From an uncultured bacterium (GTDB lineage Bacteria; Patescibacteriota; Patescibacteriia; Patescibacteriales; UBA12465): a stretch of 64,000 nucleotides of DNA. Position numbers and translations under genes: made by a program. The notes below the pieces were generated by a model. That model saw only the letters and a list, made by a program, of their open reading frames with translations. It had not been told where the DNA came from and searched no databases. The stretch is from contig OW818634.1 in the NCBI GenBank assembly GCA_942492765.1, positions 729,159-793,158 on the forward strand, in the 5' to 3' direction. Shown here in pieces: positions 26,003 to 35,418 of this stretch (within the stretch, counting starts at the first letter, position 1; each line of letters starts with the position of its first letter).

Positions 26003-26911
26003 ATGCTTTCTCTCTATCGCATCATCAAATTCAGCTTCCAGGATATAGTCAGGAATATCTGGCTGACGATCGTGACGATCACTATCTTGCTCATCGCCTT
26101 ATTTTCTATCAACACGCTTCTGACCGTGCGACTTATCAGTGATAACGCGGTCGCAGCTATCAGGGAGAAGATCGATATCAGTCTTTATCTGAAGCCGGAA
26201 ACTGTCGAAAGTGAGATTATTGCCCTGAAGAATAAGATTTCCGCTTCTCCAAAAGTCCGAGAGGTCGTCTATACTTCAAAACAGACCGCGATCGACTCCT
26301 TCCGCTCTAAATACGAGAACGATCCGACGGTCCTCGCCGCCTTGAAAGAATTGGGCCGCAACCCGTTGTCTCCGAGCTTGACCGTCATCCCTAAGAATTT
26401 TGATGAATCTAATCTGGTTATCAATGACTTGAAGATGCTCGATAGCTCCATTATCGAATCGCGCGATTTTTCCGATAATACTTCGATCCTGAATAAGATC
26501 AGCAGCATCACTAAGAGAGTCAATGAAGTCGGCCTCGGGATAATCCTGATTTTTGTCCTGACCAGCCTGCTCGTCGTCTATAACGCTATCCGGGTCGCTA
26601 TCTATACGCATCGCCAGGAGATAGAAATCATGCGCCTCGTTGGCGCTTCCAATTTCTTCATCTACATGCCGTATATGTTTTCCGCCCTGGTTTATGCGCT
26701 CATCAGCGTTCTGATAATCATCTCCATCTTCTACCCCTTCTTGACCCTCCTGCAGCCATACCTAGAAACCTTCTTCATGGGCTATAACGTTAATATCCTC
26801 TCTTATTTCTTAAATAACTTTTTTATCATCTTCGGCGCTCAATTCTTGGCCGTCCTCTTCATCAATATCGTTGCCAGCTTATTCGCGGTCAGGAAATACG
26901 CTAAGGTTTAA
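26003..26911 (+). CDS. ftsX: Cell division permease-like protein FtsX
   Basis: 302 aa. One TM helix, an extracytoplasmic domain and three C-terminal TM helices. Follows ftsE. Confidence 0.9.
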   Translation: MLSLYRIIKFSFQDIVRNIWLTIVTITILLIALFSINTLLTVRLISDNAVAAIREKIDISLYLKPETVESEIIALKNKISASPKVREVVYTSKQTAIDSFRSKYENDPTVLAALKELGRNPLSPSLTVIPKNFDESNLVINDLKMLDSSIIESRDFSDNTSILNKISSITKRVNEVGLGIILIFVLTSLLVVYNAIRVAIYTHRQEIEIMRLVGASNFFIYMPYMFSALVYALISVLIIISIFYPFLTLLQPYLETFFMGYNVNILSYFLNNFFIIFGAQFLAVLFINIVASLFAVRKYAKV

Positions 26912-26982
26912 GAGAAAATATTTAGTTCGGTTGACAGATAGAGCCATTTTTAATAATATCCTCTTATGAGGGTATTTTAAAT

Positions 26983-27053
26983 TGCGGGATCGTCTAACGG
27001 TAGGACAGCGGCCTTTGAAGCCGTTTATCCTGGTTCGAATCCAGGTCCCGCAG
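26983..27053 (+). tRNA. tRNA-Gln (anticodon TTG)
   Basis: Acceptor TGCGGGA/TCCCGCA, anticodon stem GCGGC/GCCGT with loop CTTTGAA, and a canonical T arm CCTGG-TTCGAAT-CCAGG. Confidence 0.85.
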
Positions 27054-27060
27054 CTGAATA

Positions 27061-27090
27061 AAAAGAGCCAACTTTATTGGCTTTTTTTTA
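27061..27090 (+). terminator. Rho-independent terminator after tRNA-Gln
   Basis: Stem AGCCAA / TTGGCT followed by a run of 8 T. Confidence 0.75.
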
Positions 27091-27170
27091 TATTAAGAGA
27101 ACTTGAAGCAAGGGAAGGATAGGGCTTGACTAGCAGCTATCCCGTCAAGCATTAAGTTGATAAGTATTTA

Positions 27171-27227
27171 TTGACATCAAATCGGTAAAGAGGTATAATA
27201 AATGTATAATTACATCATATATATGAT
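27171..27227 (+). promoter_or_regulatory. Consensus sigma70 promoter of the lexA-like gene with overlapping palindromic operator candidates
   Basis: TTGACA (27171-27176), 17-nt spacer, TATAAT (27194-27199). This is followed by ATGTA-TAAT-TACAT (27202-27215) and the perfect 14-bp palindrome ATCATATATATGAT (27214-27227), which overlaps the likely ATG at 27223. Confidence 0.5.
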
Positions 27228-27888
27228 ACATCCCATCCAAGAGAAGCTTCTGGAGCTCTCTAAGACAGAAAATTTGGCTAAGATGAGCCTGCGGGAAATG
27301 GGTGACAGTATTGGCTTGTCCGAAGCTTCGCCTCAGAAAATAAAGCACCACCTGGCGCAACTAGAAAAGAAGGGTTTTCTGACCATTAATCGCGCCGAGG
27401 GAACTATGAGACGGTCCGCCGCTAAGCCCGGCTGGGTTAATGATCCTTTCGGGAAATCTTCGACCATCTTCTCGATTCCTATCGTCGGAACCGCGAATTG
27501 TGGTATTGCCACTATCTTTGCCGAAACCAATTTTCAAGGATTCTTAAAGATATCCAATAAGCTGGTCGGTATAAATTTCCCCGACGATCTCTATGCTATC
27601 AAGACCGAAGGCTCTTCGATGAATAAGGCGGAAGTAAAAGGCAAGAAGATCGAAGATGGCGATTATGTGATTGTCGACGGTAAAGAAAAGAGTTTTTCTA
27701 ATAATGACATAGTTCTTGCCATCATCGACAGCAAGGCCACTATTAAGCGGTTTATAGATGATCGTGTCCACGGCCAGATTGTACTCAAAGCCGATTCGTC
27801 ATTCGACTATGACCCTATCTACCTGCATCCGGATGATGATTTCAATATCAGCGGCAAGGTTGTAGCGGTAGTTAAGAACCCTAGTTAA
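27223..27888 (+). CDS. lexA: LexA-like repressor (winged HTH plus S24 peptidase domain)
   Basis: The N-terminal domain is HPIQEKLLELSKTENLAKMSLREMGDSIGLSEASPQKIKHHLAQLEKKGFL. The C-terminal domain has the GSSM active-site Ser context and a downstream Lys (TIKRF). Start chosen at the ATG downstream of the predicted transcription start (TSS). Confidence 0.8.
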   Translation: MIHPIQEKLLELSKTENLAKMSLREMGDSIGLSEASPQKIKHHLAQLEKKGFLTINRAEGTMRRSAAKPGWVNDPFGKSSTIFSIPIVGTANCGIATIFAETNFQGFLKISNKLVGINFPDDLYAIKTEGSSMNKAEVKGKKIEDGDYVIVDGKEKSFSNNDIVLAIIDSKATIKRFIDDRVHGQIVLKADSSFDYDPIYLHPDDDFNISGKVVAVVKNPS

Positions 27889-27889
27889 T

Positions 27890-28423
27890 ATGTTGTCGTA
27901 TTTTTTTCATAATAATCTTGATCAGCAAATCGCGGCACTGTTTCTAGCCCATAGAAGCGAAGCGGGGATAAAGGCTTTTTCTATTATTACCTCTTTCGGC
28001 AGCTGGCAGTTCCTGCTGCCAGCTATCTTAGCTATCGCCCTAGTCCTTTTCATCGCGCGTAAAAGAGAGTTCATAATCCCTTTTATCGCGACGGTTGCCG
28101 GGGCAGAGATCATAACTTTTTTCGGCAAGATCTTATCGCATCGCGACCGGCCGCTATCGGCTGTCTTTCATGCGACTGACTTTTCTTTTCCGAGCGGCCA
28201 TGCGACTATCGCCGTCGCCCTCTATGGCTATTTAGCTTTCATACTCATCAGAATCTGCGGAGATAGGTATAAATGGCCTATAAGTATCTTGGCTTGTCTG
28301 GTCGCCCTCCTAATTGGTTTCAGTCGCCTTTATTTAGGGGTCCATTATTTAAGCGATGTGCTGGCTGGTTTTCTGATCGGGTTGACGGCGTTAGTTGTCG
28401 GGATAAGATATGTTAAGTTATAG
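27890..28423 (+). CDS. PAP2-family membrane phosphatase
   Basis: Acid phosphatase motifs KILSHRDRP, PSGH and SRLYLGVHYLSD. Confidence 0.8.
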   Translation: MLSYFFHNNLDQQIAALFLAHRSEAGIKAFSIITSFGSWQFLLPAILAIALVLFIARKREFIIPFIATVAGAEIITFFGKILSHRDRPLSAVFHATDFSFPSGHATIAVALYGYLAFILIRICGDRYKWPISILACLVALLIGFSRLYLGVHYLSDVLAGFLIGLTALVVGIRYVKL

Positions 28424-28450
28424 AATAGTTTAGATAATCAATCTAATCAT

Positions 28451-28948
28451 ATGTCAAAAGTAGAACTCAGGTATCAGAGGCTAGGAGATGCTAAGCGTTT
28501 CTTCGAAATCGCGACAAACCCTAACTTTATTTATCTCGACCTTAAGGTTAAGACTTTGGATGACGAGAAGAAGTGGCTGAAGTCTAATCCTCAGAAGCGG
28601 AAGGATAATGTCGCTTGGAACTACACGATTCTGTTTAACGGGAAGGTAGTTGGAGCAATCGGCTTAAGGATAAATCTTTTCCGGAAGCATATCGGCGAGA
28701 TAGGTTATTTTATCGATGAGAAATATTGGGGCAAGGGCATTACGACTAAAGCCGTGAAGCTGATTGAGAAGGAAGGCTTTGGGAAGATCGGCTTGAGTCG
28801 AATCGAAATCCTGATGCGCCCAGAGAATAAAGCGAGCGAGAAAGTCGCCAAGAAGAACGGTTACGTGCGAGAAGGTCGGCTCAGAAAATATATCAAAGAC
28901 AAGCAGGGAATATTGAGAGATTTTTGGCTGTATTCTAAAGTTAGATAG
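28451..28948 (+). CDS. GNAT family N-acetyltransferase (RimJ/RimL-like)
   Basis: 165 aa with a GYFIDEKYWGKGITTKAV acetyl-CoA binding-type motif. Confidence 0.8.
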   Translation: MSKVELRYQRLGDAKRFFEIATNPNFIYLDLKVKTLDDEKKWLKSNPQKRKDNVAWNYTILFNGKVVGAIGLRINLFRKHIGEIGYFIDEKYWGKGITTKAVKLIEKEGFGKIGLSRIEILMRPENKASEKVAKKNGYVREGRLRKYIKDKQGILRDFWLYSKVR

Positions 28949-28958
28949 CTTTAAATTT

Positions 28959-29384
28959 ATGGAAGGATTCATTTATGCGCTTGGCGCGGCAGTTACTTGG
29001 GGGATAGTTTACGCTATAGATCAAAAGATATTAGTCGGCGTTTCGCCCATGACCCTTTTATTCGTTAATTCTATCATCGCCACTATAGTGATTTTGCCGT
29101 TTTTGTTTTTTAATGACGGGTCGATAAAGAATGTACTTGCTTCTGGCGGTAAGAATTTATCCCTTATTATAATTTCTGTCATTCTGGCGGCTTTAGCTAA
29201 TTTTTTAATTTTTTCTAGCATCAAGAGCCTAAATGCTTCAGTCGCTTCCATGATAGAGATCGCTTATCCATTTTTTGTCGTTTTGTTCAGCTATATATTC
29301 TTTCGTTCCGTTCCAAATCTATATTTTTTCATCGGCGGCGCCTTGATATTTATCGGCTCGATAATAATCATCAAATTCGCTTAA
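28959..29384 (+). CDS. Small EamA/DMT-type membrane transporter (single EamA domain)
   Basis: 141 aa with about 4-5 TM helices. The composition resembles half-size DMT proteins. Confidence 0.55.
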   Translation: MEGFIYALGAAVTWGIVYAIDQKILVGVSPMTLLFVNSIIATIVILPFLFFNDGSIKNVLASGGKNLSLIIISVILAALANFLIFSSIKSLNASVASMIEIAYPFFVVLFSYIFFRSVPNLYFFIGGALIFIGSIIIIKFA

Positions 29385-29394
29385 AATAATATTT

Positions 29395-29426
29395 AAAAAA
29401 CACGGACCTAAGCGTCCGTGTTTTTT
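29395..29426. terminator. Bidirectional terminator between convergent genes
   Basis: AAAAAA-CACGGAC-CTAAGC-GTCCGTG-TTTTTT. Confidence 0.8.
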
Positions 29427-29439
29427 GTTGTCTGAATAC

Positions 29440-31995
29440 TTATCCTTGAGATTGGTTGCGAGCGATCCGTTTATAGAATTGCTGCTTGATCAACTCGACC
29501 ATGAATAGATAGATTAGGACCAGGCCGAAAATAACGAGGAAGGCGACGAAGGGCAGGGGTTCAAAACCAAAGATATAACCAAGGCCCTTCATAGTCAGGA
29601 TAACCCCCAGAATGACCGCGCCTAGGGTCGTAGCAAGCAGCGCTTTGCTTGGGCGAGACTGCAGGAAGGGGATCTTCTGGGTTCTGATGACATAGATGAC
29701 GAGTGTCTGGGTTGCAAGCGATTCGACAAACCAGCCAGCCTGGAAAGCGCCTTGACTGAGATGCAGGACGCCGAAGAGAACGTAGAAAGTCAGGAAATCA
29801 AAGAGCGAGCTGATCGGACCGAAAACGAGCATATATTTCTTGATGAAGCCGATATTCCAATGCTTCGGCTTCTTAAGATATTCCGGATCGACATTATCTG
29901 AGGGGATAGATAATTGCGAGGTGTCGTAGATGAAATTATTGAGTAAGATCTGACCAGCGGTCATTGGGAAGAAAGGCAGAAAGAGGCTGGCGCCGATCAT
30001 GGAAAACATGTTGCCGAAATTAGAGCTTAGTCCCATGAGCAGATATTTCATGGTATTGCCGAAGGTCTTGCGGCCCTCGATTACTCCTTCCATCAATTCT
30101 TTCAGGCCCTTCTTCATCAGGATGATATCGGCGGTTTCTTTAGCGATATCGACGGCGTTATCGACGGAAATACCGACATCAGCCGCCTTAAGGGACGGGG
30201 CGTCATTGATGCCGTCGCCGAGGTAACCGACGACGAGGCCGTTGCGCTTCAGCTCGACGATAATCTTCTCTTTCTGGCTCGGGCTGAGGCGGGCGCAGAT
30301 CGTTGCTTCTCGGACCTTCTTGTAGATTTCTTCGTCAGTCAGGCGATTAAGGTCGAGATCTTCGCCCGTGATGATGCCTTTGACTTCAAGGCCGATATCA
30401 GCGCAGATTTTCTTCGTGACGAGCGGGCTGTCGCCAGTTAGGATCTTCATCTCGACGCCGTGCTCTTTCATGAATTCTAGAGTCTCTTTGACGTCGAATT
30501 TAGGCGGATCATAGAAAGCCATAAAGCCTTTGAGCACCAGACCGTTCTCTTCGGATAACGGATATTGGCTTTTTCTCTCGCGAATCTCTTTCTCGGCTAT
30601 CGCCAAGACTCTTAGTCCTTGGCTGCTGAGCTCATCATAAACTGCCTGGGCGCGGCGTAATATCTCTGGATTGATAGGTATTATGGTTTGTCCTTCGTAA
30701 TAGCTGGTACTGATTTTGAAAACTTCTTCAGGCGCGCCTTTAGTGATCATGGTTAAATGGCCGCCATGCTCGTAGACGATGGAAGATCGTTTGCGGTTAA
30801 AATCATAGGGGAGTTCTTCAATCTTTTCATAGCCGTCCATTTCTAAACGCTTATGGCTCAAGATAGCTTCGTCTAAAATGCTTTTGATGCCGGTTTCGAA
30901 ATAGCCGTTGATATAGGCAGACTTGAAGATATCTTCCGATTCCTGGCCAAAGATATCGATATGCTTGATGAGCGTGATCCGATCTTCAGTCAGGGTTCCG
31001 GTCTTGTCAGTCGCCAGGATATCGATAGAGCCGAAAGTCGGGATGGAATTCAGGCGTTTAACTAGGACACCGCCCCTAGCCATCTTAGCCGCGCCCTTGG
31101 CCATATTAATACTCATGATCATCGGCAATAATTCAGGAGTGACTCCGACAGCGACCGCGAGCGCGAACAGGAAAGAATTCAGGATGCCTTTATGCATGAT
31201 CGCGTTGATCAGGAAGATTATCGCGACGATGAAGACGATGACGCGGATGATCAGATAGCCGAAGCTGTTGATGCCTTTCTCAAAAGCGTTTTGCGGTTCC
31301 GGGCGCGACAATCTTTGGGCGATCTGGCCGAATTCAGTTGTGATGCCGGTATTAGTCGCGAGATAACGGCCGAAGCCGGAAACGACGTTCGTGCCGGCGA
31401 AGATGACATTGTCGTTGTCGGCATATTTTTCTAAGGGCAGGCTTTCGCCGGTCAGCGACGCTTCGTTCAAGAAGAAATCATCGGCGCTGATGATGCGCCC
31501 GTCCGCCGGGACGATATCGCCGGCCGAGAGAAGGATGATATCGCCGGGAACTATGTATTTAGTTTCTATCTCCTGCTCTTGGCCGTTGCGCAGCAGCTTA
31601 GCTCGGATAGCGATGCGCCGCGCGATCTTCTCGGCGGCTTTGTCGGATTTACGCTCCTGATAGAAATTCAGGACTATGCTCAAAAATATCATGGACAGGA
31701 TTATGGCCATGCTGCGCAAGCTGCCGGTCAGGCCGGAAATCGTGGCCGCGACGATGAGGATGATGATGAGAGGGTTCTTGAAATAGCCGAGGAAGAGGAA
31801 GAAAGGGTGGACTTTCTTGACGGCCTTGAATTCGTTATAGCCGAAAAGCTTTGAGCGCTTGATGGCTTCGTCGGTTCTTAAGCCGTCCGCGCTCGAACCC
31901 GTGATCGCGTAAAGCTCGGAGAGGGGCAGAGTTTTGAGATCGGCGGTCGTGACTTTCTTGATAGTCATAATGATGAGGCTATGTTTAGCTAGCAT
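29440..31995 (-). CDS. mgtA: Magnesium-translocating P-type ATPase
   Basis: DKTGTLT phosphorylation site, GDGINDAP, and the MgtA-like C-terminal block SSNFGNMFSM...NNFIYDTSQLSIPSDNVD. The true start may be the internal MTIKK (31968). Confidence 0.9.
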   Translation of the reverse strand: MLAKHSLIIMTIKKVTTADLKTLPLSELYAITGSSADGLRTDEAIKRSKLFGYNEFKAVKKVHPFFLFLGYFKNPLIIILIVAATISGLTGSLRSMAIILSMIFLSIVLNFYQERKSDKAAEKIARRIAIRAKLLRNGQEQEIETKYIVPGDIILLSAGDIVPADGRIISADDFFLNEASLTGESLPLEKYADNDNVIFAGTNVVSGFGRYLATNTGITTEFGQIAQRLSRPEPQNAFEKGINSFGYLIIRVIVFIVAIIFLINAIMHKGILNSFLFALAVAVGVTPELLPMIMSINMAKGAAKMARGGVLVKRLNSIPTFGSIDILATDKTGTLTEDRITLIKHIDIFGQESEDIFKSAYINGYFETGIKSILDEAILSHKRLEMDGYEKIEELPYDFNRKRSSIVYEHGGHLTMITKGAPEEVFKISTSYYEGQTIIPINPEILRRAQAVYDELSSQGLRVLAIAEKEIRERKSQYPLSEENGLVLKGFMAFYDPPKFDVKETLEFMKEHGVEMKILTGDSPLVTKKICADIGLEVKGIITGEDLDLNRLTDEEIYKKVREATICARLSPSQKEKIIVELKRNGLVVGYLGDGINDAPSLKAADVGISVDNAVDIAKETADIILMKKGLKELMEGVIEGRKTFGNTMKYLLMGLSSNFGNMFSMIGASLFLPFFPMTAGQILLNNFIYDTSQLSIPSDNVDPEYLKKPKHWNIGFIKKYMLVFGPISSLFDFLTFYVLFGVLHLSQGAFQAGWFVESLATQTLVIYVIRTQKIPFLQSRPSKALLATTLGAVILGVILTMKGLGYIFGFEPLPFVAFLVIFGLVLIYLFMVELIKQQFYKRIARNQSQG

Positions 31996-32019
31996 TATTA
32001 TAGCATTATTAGCCTTTAC

Positions 32020-32048
32020 TTGACAATTATGTATTTTTATGGTAATAT
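32020..32048 (+). promoter_or_regulatory. Putative promoter of the 110-aa orphan gene
   Basis: TTGACA, 17-nt spacer, TAATAT. Confidence 0.5.
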
Positions 32049-32106
32049 AATTATATTAAGTACGTTAACATTATTGATCAAAATACTCACATAAAATCTC
32101 AAAAAG

Positions 32107-32439
32107 ATGATTACAGAACCCGTTTTCTGCAACAGTCGAGGAGAAACGCTTCCTTTAGCCGAGATAGCTAAAAAGAACATCGTTTCCGTAAAAATCTCCT
32201 ACTTTTCCGAAAGAGGAATCGCACAAGAGATGGAAATAGCTAACAAGCAACTTTCCCTCCGCTGCCTTTTGAAAGGAGCAACGATCGTTATCGGTCTTCC
32301 TTCAGAGATAAAAGAATACGAACGTATTGAGCAATCAGATCATGATGAAAATAGCCTCTGCGCCAGATTCCTTAGCTCTGGGCTCTGCCAATTATTCCTT
32401 CCTTTAACAGGATTAAAGAATATTGAGTGGACCAGCTAA
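32107..32439 (+). CDS. Hypothetical protein (110 aa)
   Basis: ORF with its own promoter-like sequence and a downstream terminator. No recognisable motifs. Confidence 0.45.
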   Translation: MITEPVFCNSRGETLPLAEIAKKNIVSVKISYFSERGIAQEMEIANKQLSLRCLLKGATIVIGLPSEIKEYERIEQSDHDENSLCARFLSSGLCQLFLPLTGLKNIEWTS

Positions 32440-32457
32440 GCTCTTGAAAAGACCAAA

Positions 32458-32487
32458 CAAAAAGCTCGCCTAAAAACGAGCTTTTTT
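32458..32487 (+). terminator. Rho-independent terminator
   Basis: Stem AAAGCTCG / CGAGCTTT followed by a T-run. Confidence 0.75.
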
Positions 32488-32708
32488 ATTTGGGGAGAGA
32501 GGGGGGGGCTCCACCGGCGTGTATAGCTTAAATTATCGATATTTTTTTACCCGTGTTTGTAATTAATGCGAGATTTTTAGAATAATGCTATAATTAATGT
32601 GTTGAGATAACTTAATGATGTTAATATGAGCTTGAGTTTAAAAGGGTAATCCATTTAGCCACCTAAAATGCGGAGATATTTATATTTAGCAAATTACTAA
32701 TTAAAATT

Positions 32709-34460
32709 ATGAAATTGATTAGTTTTAGTTTAAAGAATTATCGATCAATATCAACGGCGTACAAGCTACCCCTATCAGATTATGCGGTTATTGTTGGACC
32801 AAACAATGAAGGGAAAAGTAATATTTTAAAGGGGTTAGGACTGGCATTATCAATATTAACTAATGAAAGATTTTTTAGTATTGGAGGGCACATTAATCAC
32901 TTCGTTGGCAGATATAGCAGGGGGGCTGTATTGTCGAATAATAGATTGGCTGACTACTTAAGATATAACTGGGAGCGAGATTTTCCTATTAATTTGCAAA
33001 AAACTTCTAAAAAAGGCAGAGATCGATCTGAATTTACATGCGAATTTGAATTAGAAGAAAAAGAGTTTAGAGAATTTAAAGAAAAAACTAAAATTAATCT
33101 TGCTACAAATTTGAAAGCGAGCGTTATTATAGAAAAATCTGGTAAGGTGACGGTAGACTTTTTACTGAATGGAAAGGGGAAGGTGGCATTGAACACAAAA
33201 AAACGTGAGATTTCTAATTTTATAAATAGTAAATTATTACTTCAGTATATACCAGCCATAAGAACATCTGATTTGGCAATTGAGATTGTTGATAATTTAT
33301 TAGAAGAAGAGTTATCTACTCTTGAGGGTAATCCCGAATTCCAAAATGTAATTAAAATTATTGAAAAACTTCAAAAGCCAATAATTAAAAAAATATCAAA
33401 AAGTCTCACCCAGTCAGTTTCAAAATTTATTCCAGATGTGGCGTCAGTTTCTATCAAGAACCAAGAAGATATTAGTGAATTGATCAGCGCCTCTTGTCGC
33501 ATCTATATTAATGATGGAATAGAAACAGATTTAAAACTAAAGGGGGACGGAGTAATAAGTTTAACAGCAATTTCTTTACTGCAACATTTCAGCAAGCATG
33601 ACTCCCTGAATAAAGGTTTTGTGTTATTGCTTGAAGAACCAGAAAGTCATTTACATCCTAAAGCCATACACAATTTAAAAGAAATTTTGCATGAGATATC
33701 TAAAACAAATCAAGTTATTATGACCACGCATTCTCCTATTATAGTAGACAGGCTCGAAGTGCATCACAATATAATTGTACAGAACGGCAAAGCCGGGCCA
33801 GCTGAAAACGTAAGTGAAATTAGAAAATCTCTAGGAATCACCATGTCTGATAATTTATCCAGCGCCTATTTGGTTTTATTGGTGGAGGGTTTAGAAGATG
33901 TAATTATTCTATGGCAGTGGCTTAAAGAAAAATCAGTTAAAATTAAGTCGGCTTTAGAAAATGCAACTTTAATTATAGATCATTTAGGAGGTGCTAGTAA
34001 TATATGTTATAAAGCAACTCAGTATAAAAGTAATTTGTGTAATGTGGTTGCGTATCTTGACGATGATGAAAGCGGGAAAAAGGCGATTAATGATGCGAGG
34101 TCAAAGAATATTTTAAAAGATAGTGAATATGTTCTGTCGTCATGTTTAGGTAGACAAACGAGTGAAATAGAAGATTTGATACTTATTTCTGCATATAAAC
34201 AAGTAATTATAGAAGATTACGGTGTAAATCTGGAAGTTCCTCATTTTAAAGATAATAAAACAAAATGGTCAGATAGAGTGAAAAAATTATTTAAGAGTAA
34301 TGGAAAATTGTGGAATGATAAAATCGAAGTTGAAATAAAACAAAAAATTTCTAAACAAGCAGCATCTTTAGGGCTTTCCTCTTTAGATTCTCATAAAATC
34401 AGCTCAATTGATTCACTGGTTTTAACTATTGAGAGCGTTCTCAATAAGCAGGATAGTTAA
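32709..34460 (+). CDS. OLD-family nuclease: N-terminal ABC/AAA-type ATPase fused to a C-terminal TOPRIM domain
   Basis: The N-terminus KLISFSLKNYRSI...VIVGPNNEGKSNILKGL carries the Walker A. LLLEEPESHLHP is the Walker B/D-loop and MTTHSP the H-loop. The TOPRIM glutamate is in LVLLVEGLEDVI and the DxD motif in AYLDDDESGKKA. The gene is very AT-rich compared with its flanks. Confidence 0.8.
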   Translation: MKLISFSLKNYRSISTAYKLPLSDYAVIVGPNNEGKSNILKGLGLALSILTNERFFSIGGHINHFVGRYSRGAVLSNNRLADYLRYNWERDFPINLQKTSKKGRDRSEFTCEFELEEKEFREFKEKTKINLATNLKASVIIEKSGKVTVDFLLNGKGKVALNTKKREISNFINSKLLLQYIPAIRTSDLAIEIVDNLLEEELSTLEGNPEFQNVIKIIEKLQKPIIKKISKSLTQSVSKFIPDVASVSIKNQEDISELISASCRIYINDGIETDLKLKGDGVISLTAISLLQHFSKHDSLNKGFVLLLEEPESHLHPKAIHNLKEILHEISKTNQVIMTTHSPIIVDRLEVHHNIIVQNGKAGPAENVSEIRKSLGITMSDNLSSAYLVLLVEGLEDVIILWQWLKEKSVKIKSALENATLIIDHLGGASNICYKATQYKSNLCNVVAYLDDDESGKKAINDARSKNILKDSEYVLSSCLGRQTSEIEDLILISAYKQVIIEDYGVNLEVPHFKDNKTKWSDRVKKLFKSNGKLWNDKIEVEIKQKISKQAASLGLSSLDSHKISSIDSLVLTIESVLNKQDS

Positions 34461-34516
34461 TGTTGTATGTATTAAGTGGTCTGCAGAAGTTTAGTATTAA
34501 GTAGATATTTATTTAA

Positions 34517-35365
34517 TTATTTGTAAGTATCTATAAAATTAGTATATGCTATCCTGGCCTCTTTGACTTTCTTTTCCATGGGGCTAATTAGATTTCTAAT
34601 TAAAGGCGAGGTTTTGTTAGCGCCAATTTTTATTCCTTCTTGTTTGGCACGCAGACATAAATCGGCGATATCAGTGGCAATTTTCATCGCAGCCTCGTTA
34701 ATAAATAATATATAGAAAATTTTTGGATTTTTTTTATAATTTAAAGTTATTTTATTTTTTTTGGCTGCTCTCAAAATTAATATATTTGCTGGTGTTATAA
34801 CTCCGGCCAGTAGGTCATCAAGCCAATCACATGAATCATCGGACAGTTGTTTGGCAGCCAGGGCATATCGGAAAAAATTTAGTGCCACTTGTTTATTTTG
34901 TGATTTTTTTGGGCTATCAATAATATCGAAAATTGCTATCGACCACAGACTTAAAGCTAGGGATTTACGCGAAAGATCTATAAGATTAGAAAAATACGGT
35001 AGGTGAGGTGGTAGATATACACGTTCATTTTTTATTTGTAGTTTTTTAGTGCTGACTTCCAGGCGATTAGCATAGTCAAGATCGTCAATTATTTTTTCAA
35101 AAATTTTATAAAAGCCCGGACTCAATTTTAATTGATAATATATTTTTAGAAATTGTCTGTAATATTTATTAGCTGTTGGTAAATTTTTCGGCAAGCCTTC
35201 ACCGTCAAGAAAATCATCGTATAAATTAAGAGCACGCCAGAGACAAAGATTTGCATAACATAATTTGTTAATTATTTTTTTTGGAATACTTTTTTGTTCT
35301 GACAGGCTCAATGATTTAATAAACCATTTTGGCCAGAAATATGCTTTTTCAATATTTTTTTGCAT
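34517..35365 (-). CDS. Hypothetical, probably all-alpha protein with Asp-rich motifs (distant isoprenoid-synthase-like?)
   Basis: 282-aa AT-rich ORF convergent with the OLD gene. Acidic motifs are DDFLD (res 50-54), DDLD (res 94-97) and DDSCDWLDD (res 176-184). A TATAAT box lies 9 nt upstream of the ATG on the minus strand. Confidence 0.55.
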   Translation of the reverse strand: MQKNIEKAYFWPKWFIKSLSLSEQKSIPKKIINKLCYANLCLWRALNLYDDFLDGEGLPKNLPTANKYYRQFLKIYYQLKLSPGFYKIFEKIIDDLDYANRLEVSTKKLQIKNERVYLPPHLPYFSNLIDLSRKSLALSLWSIAIFDIIDSPKKSQNKQVALNFFRYALAAKQLSDDSCDWLDDLLAGVITPANILILRAAKKNKITLNYKKNPKIFYILFINEAAMKIATDIADLCLRAKQEGIKIGANKTSPLIRNLISPMEKKVKEARIAYTNFIDTYK

Positions 35366-35385
35366 AAGATGTTTATTATAAGTGT

Positions 35386-35418
35386 AGGCGCTTCCGGTGT
35401 TTCAGGCCGGAAGCGCCT
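35386..35418. other. GC-rich 12-bp perfect hairpin in an AT-rich intergenic region
   Basis: AGGCGCTTCCGG / CCGGAAGCGCCT around a 9-nt loop, followed on the plus strand by TATTTTT. Confidence 0.8.

Noticed and set aside
31996-32106. Mg2+ riboswitch (M-box) upstream of mgtA
   Set aside because: The intergenic region is only about 110 nt and is shared with a divergent promoter. That is too short for an M-box, and I see no matching conserved helices.
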